A stretch of 64,000 nt of DNA from an uncultured Anaerolineaceae bacterium (GCA_964385355.1 CAYLOO010000005.1:1850-65849); one strand, 5' to 3'; positions 17,717 through 28,285 are shown, counted from the first letter of the stretch. A program made the numbers and translations. The notes: generated from the sequence alone by a model not told the origin.

Positions 17717-19027
17717 TCAATAGATGAGACCGACAACTAGGTCGTTGACATTCGTGCCCGTCGGACCGGTGCGAAGGAGAGCATCCGCAGCTTTTAGGAG
17801 AGGGTAAGAGTCATTCTCTTGGAGCGCTTCCTGTGGCACGAACCCAAGCGATCTTGCTCTAGCCGCTGTATCACCGTTGACGATTGCGCCCGCTGCATCT
17901 GTGGGGCCGTCAATGCCATCTGTAGCGAAGCTCATAACGGCGACATGTTGTGTGTTTGCAAGGGCGATGGCCGCGGCGAGCGCCAATTCTTGATTGCGTC
18001 CACCAAGGCCTTGACCCCGTACCGTAACTGTGGTTTCACCGCCCATTAATAGACAGGCGGGTTTTTCGATAGGCCCGCGCTTACGAAGGCTTTTTATCTG
18101 CAGACCGAAACGTCCGCCGACTTCGCGCGCCTCGCCCTGCATTTTTGTTGTGATGGTCTGGACAGAAAAGCCGAGGGCATGAGCCTGTTTTCCAGCAGCG
18201 TGAACGACGCGTGAGTTGTCTCCGATTAATATATTCATTGGGCGTCGCGCCTTTTCCAACGGAGGATCGGGGCAATCAAGTGCGAAACGGATCGAGGCAC
18301 AGGTTTCTGTCCATAGCCCGCTCACCTGAAGTATGTGGCGTGCCTCTGCTCGCGAGGCACGTTTCAGGACCGTGGGACCTGACGCTATGGCCGAAAGACG
18401 ATCGCCGACGACATCTGAGAGGATAAGGGATAATACGCGCGCAGGAGCGGCTAGCCGCGCTAGCCCGCCATTTTTTATTCGAGAAAGCGCTCTGCGTATA
18501 ATGTTAATCTTGTGAATTGGAAGCCCGGATTGGATGAGAAGCTTGTTTAGGAGACGGAGGTCCTCGAGTTCGATGCCCGGAAGCGGCAGCTCGAGCATTG
18601 CCGATCCACCACCGGAGATGAGCGCAAGCAGAAGATCATCAGCCGTGGCACTTTCAAGGAGCAGCTCGGCAGCGCGTCCCGCGGCGAGGCTGCCAGCATC
18701 CGGCAGGGGATGACCGGCCTGGAATAATTTAAGCGACGGCGGCAGATCATCGATATGACGCCGCGCAGCGATGACGCCGGCCTCGATTTGATAATGAAGG
18801 ATCTCAACGGCGGCTTTGGTCATTCCCGGTGCCGCTTTGCCAAACGCGACCAGGTATATCCGTGCCCCGGGTTTTAACCCTATAGTGTGTGTCCCTGCCT
18901 CGATACCTTCACTGGAAAGACGAAGATGTTCTCGAACAGCTTGATGAGCATCGGCAGCCTCGAGTGCTTGCATAGAGATCTGTTGTAGATGTTTCTTGTG
19001 ATCGTCAAATCGAGGGGGATCTATCAT
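17717..19027 (-). CDS. Glycerate 2-kinase (DUF4147/MOFRL, TtuD/GckA type)
   Basis: AFGKAA, GHPLPD, LISGGGSA, ILSDVVGD, GGETTV, GGRNQE, TDGIDG, TGTNVND; ATG 19027 preferred to the track start at 19147, which overlaps the upstream gene. Confidence 0.92.
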   Translation of the reverse strand: MIDPPRFDDHKKHLQQISMQALEAADAHQAVREHLRLSSEGIEAGTHTIGLKPGARIYLVAFGKAAPGMTKAAVEILHYQIEAGVIAARRHIDDLPPSLKLFQAGHPLPDAGSLAAGRAAELLLESATADDLLLALISGGGSAMLELPLPGIELEDLRLLNKLLIQSGLPIHKINIIRRALSRIKNGGLARLAAPARVLSLILSDVVGDRLSAIASGPTVLKRASRAEARHILQVSGLWTETCASIRFALDCPDPPLEKARRPMNILIGDNSRVVHAAGKQAHALGFSVQTITTKMQGEAREVGGRFGLQIKSLRKRGPIEKPACLLMGGETTVTVRGQGLGGRNQELALAAAIALANTQHVAVMSFATDGIDGPTDAAGAIVNGDTAARARSLGFVPQEALQENDSYPLLKAADALLRTGPTGTNVNDLVVGLIY

Positions 19028-19061
19028 GGCCTGAACGAGATCTCCATCACCGGTTGTGAAC

Positions 19062-20345
19062 TTAGGGGTTGGCGAGTGCTTCCGCCGCGGTTTGGGCTGC
19101 GGTCGTTGGCGCTTCTCCTCCGCCGATGACGGCTTCGACGGCATCATAAAGAACAGGTTCTATCGCGAGGTGAAGCGATGAATGAGGCATCGGTTGCGTT
19201 GCGGTGACGAGGCTGCTGGCTAAGGCGGCATCGCTCCCTTCTGGCCAAGCTGCTAAAGATGCGCTTGTGGGGGGGAGCATCCCTAGTGAGTGAGTCCACA
19301 GCCCGAGGAAATCTGGCGCGCTGAGCCAGGTAAGCAGCTCGGCAACGACCGGGATCCGCTCGGCATCCTGAGTGACGATTGCCCAGGACCATGTTGAGGC
19401 GAGACCTACGCCTGTGCCGTCCTGGGTTGGAAGAGGCACGGCGGAGAACTTCTCCGGATCATGATCTAATATATAGGAGCTTAGAGGGGCTACTGCGCTG
19501 GCGGCACTATTATCTTGCAGCATAGACCAGGATTGTTCCGCATTGGAGATTTGCCTTACGGAATAAGGGAGAATTTGAGCGGCAAGGGCTGCGTTATAGA
19601 AGGTCAATGCTTCGGATAACACAGCGGGGTTTAGGGCTAGGTCTCCGTCAGAATTGTGGAGATAACCTTCCAGGGAGAGATATTGTGCCAATGTGAAGGT
19701 TGCCAGCGGGTCACCCGCAGGAAAGAGGAAACTGCGCGGTTCACCGAGTAGATCATCCCAACCTCTTGGAGGTGATGTGTAGAGATCGCTGCGGTATGCG
19801 AGGATATCTACCTCACTAGCGATTGGAAGTCCAAAAAAATTCCCGGATACGCGTGCGGCGGGCAGGCTAAACTCATACCAATCCGGGGTTTCAGGAACCG
19901 GGAGAACATCGTCTAACCCGACAATCAGGTTCTTGGAAACAGCATCCTCCAGGTTCGAAGTGCTGAATGTTATCGCATCCGGAAGGAGTGCAGGCGCAGC
20001 GGCGTTCGCTGCGACGAGCGTCTCTAATAACCCCGAGGGGCCATCAATGCTTTTGACACGCACCTGGATGCTCAACCCGGGATGAATCTGCTCAAAAGCT
20101 CGCAAACGCTCAGTGAGCAATGCGCGGGCGGGACTTTCTGAATTCGGAGCGAACGACGGAGCGACCCAGAGCGTCAGGCTGCGCGGTGCTGGTTGTGGCG
20201 CCTCTGTTGCCGGTACTGTAGGCATCGGGGAACTTGGAACCGTCGTCGCTGGACCGGGAGTCACCGTGGGGTTAGCCGTTAAGCACCCAGAAAGTGCGAC
20301 TGTTAGAATCAGGTAGACCGGCAGGCGGTGTATGATTTTTAGCAT
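19062..20345 (-). CDS. Carbohydrate-type (family 1) ABC solute-binding lipoprotein
   Basis: Lipobox VALSGC, Pro/Thr linker, FGLPIASEVDILAYRSDLY, WSWAIV. Confidence 0.8.
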   Translation of the reverse strand: MLKIIHRLPVYLILTVALSGCLTANPTVTPGPATTVPSSPMPTVPATEAPQPAPRSLTLWVAPSFAPNSESPARALLTERLRAFEQIHPGLSIQVRVKSIDGPSGLLETLVAANAAAPALLPDAITFSTSNLEDAVSKNLIVGLDDVLPVPETPDWYEFSLPAARVSGNFFGLPIASEVDILAYRSDLYTSPPRGWDDLLGEPRSFLFPAGDPLATFTLAQYLSLEGYLHNSDGDLALNPAVLSEALTFYNAALAAQILPYSVRQISNAEQSWSMLQDNSAASAVAPLSSYILDHDPEKFSAVPLPTQDGTGVGLASTWSWAIVTQDAERIPVVAELLTWLSAPDFLGLWTHSLGMLPPTSASLAAWPEGSDAALASSLVTATQPMPHSSLHLAIEPVLYDAVEAVIGGGEAPTTAAQTAAEALANP

Positions 20346-20488
20346 AGTCCCGCGATTATACTGTCTCCCAGGACGCAATGGGAATATTCAAAGCGTATGG
20401 TTTGGAAAGCCTATTTCCTGTAAATCCCTTTAAAGTGAAGGCTTTCCGTAAGTTGTTAGTGATTCAGATATGCTAGAATCGGCTCAGC

Positions 20489-22354
20489 ATGGCTGCATCT
20501 GATCGTCTCAAACCAATCTTACAGGGAATTCCCAACAAACCCGGTTGCTACCTGATGAAGGACAAGGAGAGCCGGGTTATTTATGTTGGGAAAGCAATCA
20601 ACCTGCGCAGCCGGGTTCGATCCTATTTTCATGAAGCCGCCAACCACAGCCGCAAAACTGCCGAGATGGTCTTGAAAATCGAGGATATCGAATGGATCGT
20701 TGTCAGCTCAGAGCTCGAGGCGCTAATCCTGGAGATGAACCTCATTAAGCGTTATCGACCAAAGTACAACATCCGCCTAAAGGATGACAAACGATATCCG
20801 TATATCAAAATATATTGGAAAGATCCATTTCCGAAAGTCACAGTTACACGTCGGGTATTAAGCGATGGGGCACGCTATTATGGTCCATATACAAGCGTCT
20901 GGGCTGTCCATCAGACTCTTGATGTGTTACGTAAGATTTTCCCATATCTCACCTGTGATCGCGTGATCACAGGCGAAGACCAACGCGCTTGTCTTTATGC
21001 CGATATTAAACTCTGCTTGGCACCTTGCATTGGGAAAATTGACACTAGGGGCTATCGAGCGATGATCGATGATCTCGGGCGATTCCTTCAAGGGCGCACG
21101 GATCCGATAGTGAGCCGGCTTGAGCAGGAGATGGAAAGAGCGTCGGCGGCGCTGGAATATGAAAGAGCTGGAACCATACGCGATCAGTTGATCGCCATCG
21201 AAAAAGTCGTCGAGGGACAGAAAGTTGTTACGCAGGACAAGCTTGATACGGATGTCATTGCCTTCGCTCGAGATGAGCGTGATGCATGCATCCAGATATT
21301 TTTTGTTCGCAGGGGTAAACTCATCGGGACAGAGTATTTTGTGCTAGATGGTACGCGTGAGGCTCAAGACCAAGAATTAGTGGAGGCTTTTGTAAAACAG
21401 TTCTATACTGAGGCGACTCATATCCCCCCGCGAATTCTCCTACCGATTGAGATAGAGGAAGCACGCATCATCGAAACCTGGCTCAACGATCGGCGCGGTG
21501 GGGCAAAGGTCTACCTGAAGGTGCCGCGTCGAGGCGCGAAGCGAGATTTGGTGGCATTGGTGGCGGAAAACGCGGCGGAGACCCTAGCCTCCCTGAAGGC
21601 GAAGTGGGAGGCGGATCGAAGCAAGCACGTATTGGCGCTGAGCGAGCTACAGGAGGCGTTGTCTCTCCAAGCCCCACCAAATCGCATTGAGTGCTACGAT
21701 ATATCCAACCTGCAAGGAACCGCCGCAGCGGGTTCGATGGTTGTATTCGAGCAAGGAGCGCCAAGCAAGAAGCTCTACCGGAAGTTCACGATTAAGAATG
21801 TCCAGGGTCAGGATGATTTCGCCAGTATGGAGGAAATCTTAGGGCGGCGCTTCCGACGTTGGCAGATTGCGAACGAGGAGGCCGGGAAACCGGGCGGTAA
21901 ACTGGACAAGAGTTTTGGTTTGCTGCCGGACCTTCTGATCGTCGATGGCGGAAAGGGGCAGCTTGGCAGGGCTTGCATGATCCTGGAGGAATACAATCTA
22001 AAAAAGCATGTGCCGGTTGTGGGACTGGCAAAAGGGCACGAGGAACTCCACCTTCCCAATCGAACCGACCCCGTCATCCTGCCGCGACGATCGCAAGGCT
22101 TGTACCTTGTTCAGCGGATAAGAGATGAAGCCCATCGTTTCGCCCTCCGCCAACATCGGACTCAACGTAGGCGGGGAGGGCTGGCTTCCAAGCTCGATAG
22201 TATCAATGGTGTCGGTCCGGCACGCCGGAAGGCATTAATAAAGACCTTTGGTGACCTCGAAGGGATTCGGCAAGCAAGCCTTGAAGAGCTGGCCGGCATC
22301 TCCGGAATTACTTTAACGACCGCGGAGCAGATTCAAGAAGCGCTCATGGGCTAA
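20489..22354 (+). CDS. uvrC: Excinuclease ABC subunit C
   Basis: GIY-YIG N-terminus PGCYLM...YVGKAINLRSRVRSYF, RIECYDISN, PDLLIVDGGKGQL, RIRDEAHRFA, C-terminal HhH. Confidence 0.98.
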   Translation: MAASDRLKPILQGIPNKPGCYLMKDKESRVIYVGKAINLRSRVRSYFHEAANHSRKTAEMVLKIEDIEWIVVSSELEALILEMNLIKRYRPKYNIRLKDDKRYPYIKIYWKDPFPKVTVTRRVLSDGARYYGPYTSVWAVHQTLDVLRKIFPYLTCDRVITGEDQRACLYADIKLCLAPCIGKIDTRGYRAMIDDLGRFLQGRTDPIVSRLEQEMERASAALEYERAGTIRDQLIAIEKVVEGQKVVTQDKLDTDVIAFARDERDACIQIFFVRRGKLIGTEYFVLDGTREAQDQELVEAFVKQFYTEATHIPPRILLPIEIEEARIIETWLNDRRGGAKVYLKVPRRGAKRDLVALVAENAAETLASLKAKWEADRSKHVLALSELQEALSLQAPPNRIECYDISNLQGTAAAGSMVVFEQGAPSKKLYRKFTIKNVQGQDDFASMEEILGRRFRRWQIANEEAGKPGGKLDKSFGLLPDLLIVDGGKGQLGRACMILEEYNLKKHVPVVGLAKGHEELHLPNRTDPVILPRRSQGLYLVQRIRDEAHRFALRQHRTQRRRGGLASKLDSINGVGPARRKALIKTFGDLEGIRQASLEELAGISGITLTTAEQIQEALMG

Positions 22355-22737
22355 TGGAGGAAAGGATGCGTGCAGTCTGGATTGTGGACGACGACGATGA
22401 GATGAGCCATGCCGTTAAGTTGATGTTGCAGCTTCTCGATTCTACGGTTGAGATTTTCCGCAATGCACGCAGTGCAGCCAAGCGGCTTCTTGCGGGTGAA
22501 CGGCCCGATCTAATTGTGTTGGACATCAACATGCCGGAGGTCAGCGGTATCGATTTTTTGGAGTTCCTACGTATGCGCGATGGTTTAAAAGAGATTCCGG
22601 TGGTGATGCTCTCTTCGGAGACAACCGACATCCAGGTTGATGAAGCCATGCGGATTGGAGCGAACGCCTTTGTTTTTAAACCGGTGACGATTGAAGAACT
22701 GGAAGAAGCGATACTGATAGCGCTCCCAAATACTTAG
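22354..22737 (+). CDS. Single-domain (CheY-like) response regulator
   Basis: IVDDDD, VLDINMPEVSG, MLSS, VFKP; start overlaps the uvrC stop (TAATG). Confidence 0.9.
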   Translation: MEERMRAVWIVDDDDEMSHAVKLMLQLLDSTVEIFRNARSAAKRLLAGERPDLIVLDINMPEVSGIDFLEFLRMRDGLKEIPVVMLSSETTDIQVDEAMRIGANAFVFKPVTIEELEEAILIALPNT

Positions 22738-22965
22738 TTTGTATTCCTCGTAAGTAAAGAACCCTCGCAAGTTCGTAAAACCGGTTCACCTCCGACACTT
22801 GTGAAAAGATGACATAACCATGGATGTCTCTGTCGGGTCAGTCATCACTCGAATCACGGAGCTGTCTCCTGCCGCCGCATGAATTTTAGGTGAGCAAGAT
22901 TACAAATAGTAGGAACCCGATCGGGTAATGCTTGCCCTCAGCCGACCGGGCATATGCCCCATCCC

Positions 22966-22991
22966 TAGAGACGCGGCATGCTGCGTCTCTA
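22966..22991. repeat. REP-like palindrome TAGAGACGCGGCATGCTGCGTCTCTA
   Basis: 26-nt near-perfect inverted repeat (one G/T mismatch) in intergenic DNA. Confidence 0.6.
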
Positions 22992-23409
22992 CTTTGCTTC
23001 CTGGCGCAAGCTTTGCCCGCGGTTTGAGGTCTGCGCGTATGAACGCATAGACATGCCATTGCAGATTTGATGAATCTCATTTCTTCCCCCCCCCTCCTAT
23101 TGTTCCCCAATGGGGGGACTGTGGGGGACGTATCATCCCGAGCTTGCCTGCACTGAGCATCGCCGAAGTGTCGATGGACCACTCCCCTCGCGAAGCACTC
23201 GGAGTGCAGCGTGGAGCACACCCCCTGGATTAAACATCAAGCTCTCAACTCAAGCCAACCATGCAAATCAGAATATGTGGAAACTTCCTTATCTCGGACT
23301 CTTTTTCCCGTTGAAATACAATCCGGAGCAGATTGGACAGAGCCCTTCTGTGGCAGTTCGACCCAATTAGAAGTGTATAGATGGCTATTCGGAAGGGAGC
23401 TTGGGTACA

Positions 23410-25089
23410 CTACAAAGCAACATCGTTCGAAGTTGGTGGATCGATTAGAAGCCCGAGACGCGCCGCTGCCGCCTGCAGTTTTGGCCAATCTGGGGATTGT
23501 ACAATTGCTGTGGTAGGGCTGAGGATCTCTTTTAAATATCGGTTTGTCGATTTCTTGCTCCGCAGCATCTCGAGTACATCTGGGGAGTGAACGCGTAAGA
23601 CCCAGTATTGCTTGATATGCGCTTCTGTGCCTCTCTCAGCCCAGCGAGATAACGCCATATCAACTGGCCGCGGCAACAGGGAATCGCAGGTTGTCTCCAG
23701 GACCGTCCGGATATGTTGATGCGACAAACCTTGCTCTCTGGCACGCTGCAGCGTGCTAGGGGTGAGGCGGTACTCATAGTTCTCATTTTCAACTGATACC
23801 CAATGAGAGAAGCGCGCAATCTGATAGCGAACAGCTCCATTAACCCCACGAGGAACAATAATGCGACCATCGGAGTGAATAACGATCGCCTTATCCGGTT
23901 CTTCAACGTGGACAGGTGCTTTCGGATCAAACAGCAGCGCCGATACTGACGTGAGGCGAAAGGAGGGTTTCGAAGCCGGTGGAGCATCTTGTCCGAGATC
24001 GACGGCTCCAAGCCAGTGAAGAGGACCGGTGATAATGTAGCGGATAAGGGCGCCATCGACCATATTCCAGTTCTCGATGCCATGGAGGAAAATCCCACTT
24101 TGATTTTGAAGATACCAGGAATCAAAATCACCACCGGGCCGTTGAAAGGCCGGGTAGGTTTGTCGAATCTGCTCCACGAAATCATTAAGATCCCACCAAC
24201 CCCCCGGTTTTAAAGGCTGAAGGAGATCTAGAACCCCTTGACGTGAGAGCCTGGCGTCATTAGGCCAGACATCAGTGTTACATACGATGTGAGGGAGCAC
24301 AGCCAGGTCATTCCAGATAACAGAATCTTTCCAGGTCAGAAGCAGGTCGCGTATTGCTCGCGAGCGGGAGGCGCCTATGAAAGCGCGGGTTGTCTCAGGA
24401 TTTGGCGTCCATGGCGGGCCCTCGATTATTAAACTCTCCTGCAGGATTGTGAGCAGAAGATTATGCAACCGTGGAATTAGAAGAAATCGCTCTAGGGAAA
24501 GGCCTTGCTTCCGTGAGAGATCGAAGGAGGGGAAGGGAGTGCGGCGCATGGCAGCCAGAAGAGTTGTGGCATCGTCAACTGCAGCCGAGGTTGTCAAATA
24601 GACACGTCTTGGGTCTTCTGTCAGAGGCGAAAGAGAAGGGGTGTTGTAATCAGGAAGTGATTCTCTCAGCATCTGCAGCAGATCTGTTGGGATATAGGCG
24701 AATTCCTGTGGACCTTTGGGTGTGTCAGCAAATGCTCGTCCTATCAGGCCGCGATACCAAAGCACCTCAACCGGAGAAGCCGGGTTGCGCCAGGGCTGTT
24801 CGCGATCGCGTTTTCCACTTCCCATTTCCCGTAATTCTCCACGGTCCCGGATCAGGTCAGGGAATGCCATCCTACCGCCAGCCTGGGCTATCCCTTCAAG
24901 TGTTTGTTTGGCTGCATCGGGTAAGCTGTCGAGCAGTTCGTCTAGCGTGTTGCGGTTGAGTATGGAGAGCGTTATATCTTCGACGACGGATCGATGTGAA
25001 CCCTGGGGTAAGTCGAATCCCCACAGTTCACAGAGAATCCGGACGTAGCCTGTGTCCTGGTCTTCGAGTGTATGGAGTAAGGATCTCAT
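23410..25089 (-). CDS. Helicase-associated-domain protein (XPB/Ssl2 N-terminal-type Helicase_C_3 domain), no ATPase motifs
   Basis: C-terminus IVIHSDGRIIVP...YEYRLTPSTLQRAREQGLSHQHIRTVL...LSRWAE; winged-helix-like N-terminus. Confidence 0.75.
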   Translation of the reverse strand: MRSLLHTLEDQDTGYVRILCELWGFDLPQGSHRSVVEDITLSILNRNTLDELLDSLPDAAKQTLEGIAQAGGRMAFPDLIRDRGELREMGSGKRDREQPWRNPASPVEVLWYRGLIGRAFADTPKGPQEFAYIPTDLLQMLRESLPDYNTPSLSPLTEDPRRVYLTTSAAVDDATTLLAAMRRTPFPSFDLSRKQGLSLERFLLIPRLHNLLLTILQESLIIEGPPWTPNPETTRAFIGASRSRAIRDLLLTWKDSVIWNDLAVLPHIVCNTDVWPNDARLSRQGVLDLLQPLKPGGWWDLNDFVEQIRQTYPAFQRPGGDFDSWYLQNQSGIFLHGIENWNMVDGALIRYIITGPLHWLGAVDLGQDAPPASKPSFRLTSVSALLFDPKAPVHVEEPDKAIVIHSDGRIIVPRGVNGAVRYQIARFSHWVSVENENYEYRLTPSTLQRAREQGLSHQHIRTVLETTCDSLLPRPVDMALSRWAERGTEAHIKQYWVLRVHSPDVLEMLRSKKSTNRYLKEILSPTTAIVQSPDWPKLQAAAARLGLLIDPPTSNDVAL

Positions 25090-25138
25090 GTGGGGTGGAA
25101 TCGACGATTCTTTTGTTTATTAGAGATGGTTATCCACT

Positions 25139-26053
25139 CTAGATGATAACGCGTAACGCGTTCGGAAGGACCTTGATCTGAATTTCAGTTACAGTGGAAT
25201 CGAACCCGGCGAAGACCTCGCCATCCAGGTGAATTGTTACAGGAGCCGTAGATGTTAATTGCAGTTCGCTGAAGTGACCCATTCGAACCTGCTTGAACCG
25301 ACCGTGGGTGCCATTCATCACTTCCGGGATTAAGCGGAACATCATCGGGCGGGACACATTCTCAATCATCGCGTAGTGAAAAAGACCATCGTCGAAGACA
25401 GCATCCGGGGCGACATAGAAGCCGCCCCCTTCCCTGGGTCCATTGCCGGCGACGAACATGAGGACATTCTCATCGATCTCTTCCTGGTCCGTTATGATCT
25501 TCATTCTGGGCGCGTGGTGGTGGAGAAAGATCGTTTTAATCACCGCCCAGAGATACATCGCGAATCCCTGCAACCGGGTGATTTGATAGGAATACACCGT
25601 AACAGCGGCGTCAAAGCCGATACCGATTGTATTGTTCCAGTACTCTGATCGACCAGAACCATCTGTGACCAAGCCTATGTCGATGGTCTTTATCTCCCCG
25701 TTGAAGACCCGCTCGAGTGCGGTCTCAATTTCCTCCGCGACTCCGACATTTGAGGAGAAATCATTCCCTGAGCCGGTTGGCACTGAACCGAGTAGAGGTC
25801 TCTGATCTTCAGAGACTCGCATCAAACCGTTGACCACTTCATGGACGGTGCCATCGCCGCCAATTGCGACGATAATATCGAAGCCATCTTTCGCAGCCTG
25901 CTCAGCGAGTTCGATTGCGTGGGTGTGGTATTCGGTTGTGGACCATTCTGCACCATCGTATTTATCGATGATGTGCTGCACAGATTTTTCGAGGTCCGAG
26001 GACCGGCTCCGGTCAGCACGGGGATTGAAGATTAGTTTCACACGACGGCTCAT
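25139..26053 (-). CDS. Diacylglycerol kinase-family (YegS/BmrU) lipid kinase
   Basis: LIFNP, AIGGDGTVHEVVNG, PTGSGNDF, GIGFDA, GNGPREGGGF, HLDGE. Confidence 0.93.
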   Translation of the reverse strand: MSRRVKLIFNPRADRSRSSDLEKSVQHIIDKYDGAEWSTTEYHTHAIELAEQAAKDGFDIIVAIGGDGTVHEVVNGLMRVSEDQRPLLGSVPTGSGNDFSSNVGVAEEIETALERVFNGEIKTIDIGLVTDGSGRSEYWNNTIGIGFDAAVTVYSYQITRLQGFAMYLWAVIKTIFLHHHAPRMKIITDQEEIDENVLMFVAGNGPREGGGFYVAPDAVFDDGLFHYAMIENVSRPMMFRLIPEVMNGTHGRFKQVRMGHFSELQLTSTAPVTIHLDGEVFAGFDSTVTEIQIKVLPNALRVII

Positions 26054-26817
26054 GGATGTTTTCTCTTGGTTGTTCGCTAATGCAAGCGCGAATCGTAGTT
26101 TCTCGGGTTCAACGTACTCTCAATTTAATGCATGTCGCTAGCGGAGAGTCTAACGATCGAGTGGTGCTCAGCCGAAATTAAAAACCATCGCCTTATGATT
26201 AACAACCCCAAGTGGTCATTTTCGATACTGATGCACGTGGATCACCCATAGTTGTGACGACCTTCCTGTAAGACTGTAAGCTGTGGTTGTGCCCTCATGG
26301 CAACTTCCAGATCCGCGCCGCGCCATCCGTTCTTCACAAGTGCGATCACGAAATGATCGAGATTATAGCCCAAACTAGCCGTGATGTTTTATGAGGCAGG
26401 TGAGCGTCGGAATTTTTAAGCGTATCGCTGATTGACTCTCAGGCGCGAGGTGGCTAAAGTGGAGGTGTAATGAGCCCCAGGCCACCAATGGGCTGCACGT
26501 CCCAGTAAGCCGTAGCACCCTCCGGCCAATCTGACTGATCCCCAGCTTGTTGCGGTGATCATGATGAATGCGCCGACCGACTGGAGGAACGCCCTTTCGC
26601 TGCGGCGAAGAAGTTGGGACCAACCGGCGAACGCGGCAATGTCGGCCGCCCGCTGAATGGCAGGGGGCTCACCCCTTTAATCATGCTTTCAAGGAACAAG
26701 CAAAGACATTGTGAATGAGATGCTCCCATGCGGGAGCTACATTAATTCGCGGCTATCAAAACCTCAAGATCTTTGGGATTTCATTCGTCAGGCTGGAGAT
26801 CTGGAAATCAAGAATTT

Positions 26818-28053
26818 CTACAATGTGGGTTCCGCTGGGGTAATACCTTCATCGGAGGGCACACGTAACTTGAACCAGGCCGGGATGAGAGCAAGGGAAC
26901 CGAGGAGTGCAGTGGCGAGGAACGGTATCTTGGGGTTGGTGGCTTCCCAGATTTGGCCACCAATCCAGGGTGCAGGAAGTGCAACCAGGCCAATGAGTGC
27001 GGGTACCAAAGCATAGGCAATGCCGCGAAGATGTGCGGGTGCTCCACGAGCAATGAGCGCATTAACGGCCGGGTCTAGAAGTGCGCCGCCGATCCCCATG
27101 ATGATCCATGAGAGAGCAAAGACTTCGAAGCCTTCGGCGAGGATGAAAACTAGGAACGAGGAGAGGAAGATCGCCGCACCAAGCATGAAACTGTTTCGCT
27201 CGCTCGATTTATCGGAGAGCCACCCACCGACTGGGGCAGCTAGAACCCAAGCGATGCCATGCAGACCATCAATTAAGCCAATTCCCTGCTTGTTAATTAG
27301 GCCAATATCGTTCAGGTAAACCGGCAGGAGGTTGAAAGATAGATACGACGCGAAGACACGAATGCCCTCCGAAATTATGATCCAGGTTAACAACCCCCCA
27401 ATCAAGACAATCGGGAAGATATGCATGAAGGATTCCCTGAGCGACTTAAGGCTGGGTTTTTCCGCAGGTGCTGTGGTCTTCGATTCCTTTGACCGTAAAA
27501 GGAACATAAAAATTACGGCGGCGATGCCATAGAGGATAACCGCGGTGAGAAACATTGTGCGAGTCCCGTAGTTCATTGCCAGGAAGCCGCCCAGGGGTGG
27601 GGTGATGATCCAGGCCGCGGTGATAAATGATTTACTGAGTCCGAAAACTCGGCCGCGCGTCTCCGTGGAGCAAGTGTCGGCGATATAGGCCCGGAAGGAT
27701 GGTTGGATCAATGCGGTTGCCACCGCCAGGATGAGGGGACCGATGAGAGTCACTTCCCAGCGCTGTGCGAAAGCAAACGGGAGGTATCCGAGGATCCCCG
27801 CAAAACTTCCGAATAAGATCGCCCGTAATCGACCGATTGAATCAGATAACCAACCTCCGAAAACCCCGAGCACTAGAGGCACAATCATCGTCAGGGTGAA
27901 AAAAAGCCCGACCTGACTGACGCTTGCTCCGATTTCGCGCAAGAAGACCGGAATCTGTACTGCGGTCATCGCCCGCGTCGCCTCAGCGAAAGTGAGTCCA
28001 ATGAGAAAGAGGATCATTTTGCGAGAGATCAGCGGTTGCATTGATTTATTCAT
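26818..28053 (-). CDS. MFS transporter
   Basis: About 12 TM; motif A GWLSDSIGRLR and its repeat GWLSDKSSER; TRGRVFG. Confidence 0.92.
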   Translation of the reverse strand: MNKSMQPLISRKMILFLIGLTFAEATRAMTAVQIPVFLREIGASVSQVGLFFTLTMIVPLVLGVFGGWLSDSIGRLRAILFGSFAGILGYLPFAFAQRWEVTLIGPLILAVATALIQPSFRAYIADTCSTETRGRVFGLSKSFITAAWIITPPLGGFLAMNYGTRTMFLTAVILYGIAAVIFMFLLRSKESKTTAPAEKPSLKSLRESFMHIFPIVLIGGLLTWIIISEGIRVFASYLSFNLLPVYLNDIGLINKQGIGLIDGLHGIAWVLAAPVGGWLSDKSSERNSFMLGAAIFLSSFLVFILAEGFEVFALSWIIMGIGGALLDPAVNALIARGAPAHLRGIAYALVPALIGLVALPAPWIGGQIWEATNPKIPFLATALLGSLALIPAWFKLRVPSDEGITPAEPTL

Positions 28054-28285
28054 ATGGAAGCTTCGTGTCCCCCTTTGAAACAGGTTGCGGAGGTTTTATT
28101 GTGTGAGACCTTACTCAACACACACATGTTTCAAATAATACTTATAAGACTTCCCAATTCTGCCACGAAGTGGAAAGGATAGCAAATTGAGGTTCTCAGA
28201 GATTTTGAACATTAATAATCGATAACGGTGATTTACAGGTTCTGCCAGGTAATCCAAGATGTGGCCTCTCAAGTCGATGGAGAGC

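Noticed and set aside
22886-23221. 111-aa minus-strand ORF
   Set aside because: It reads through a REP palindrome and a homopolymer tract, with atypical composition.
26375-26623. ORF with an HTH-looking fragment (RNKLGISQ)
   Set aside because: The rest of the sequence does not fit an XRE helix-turn-helix, and there is no RBS.
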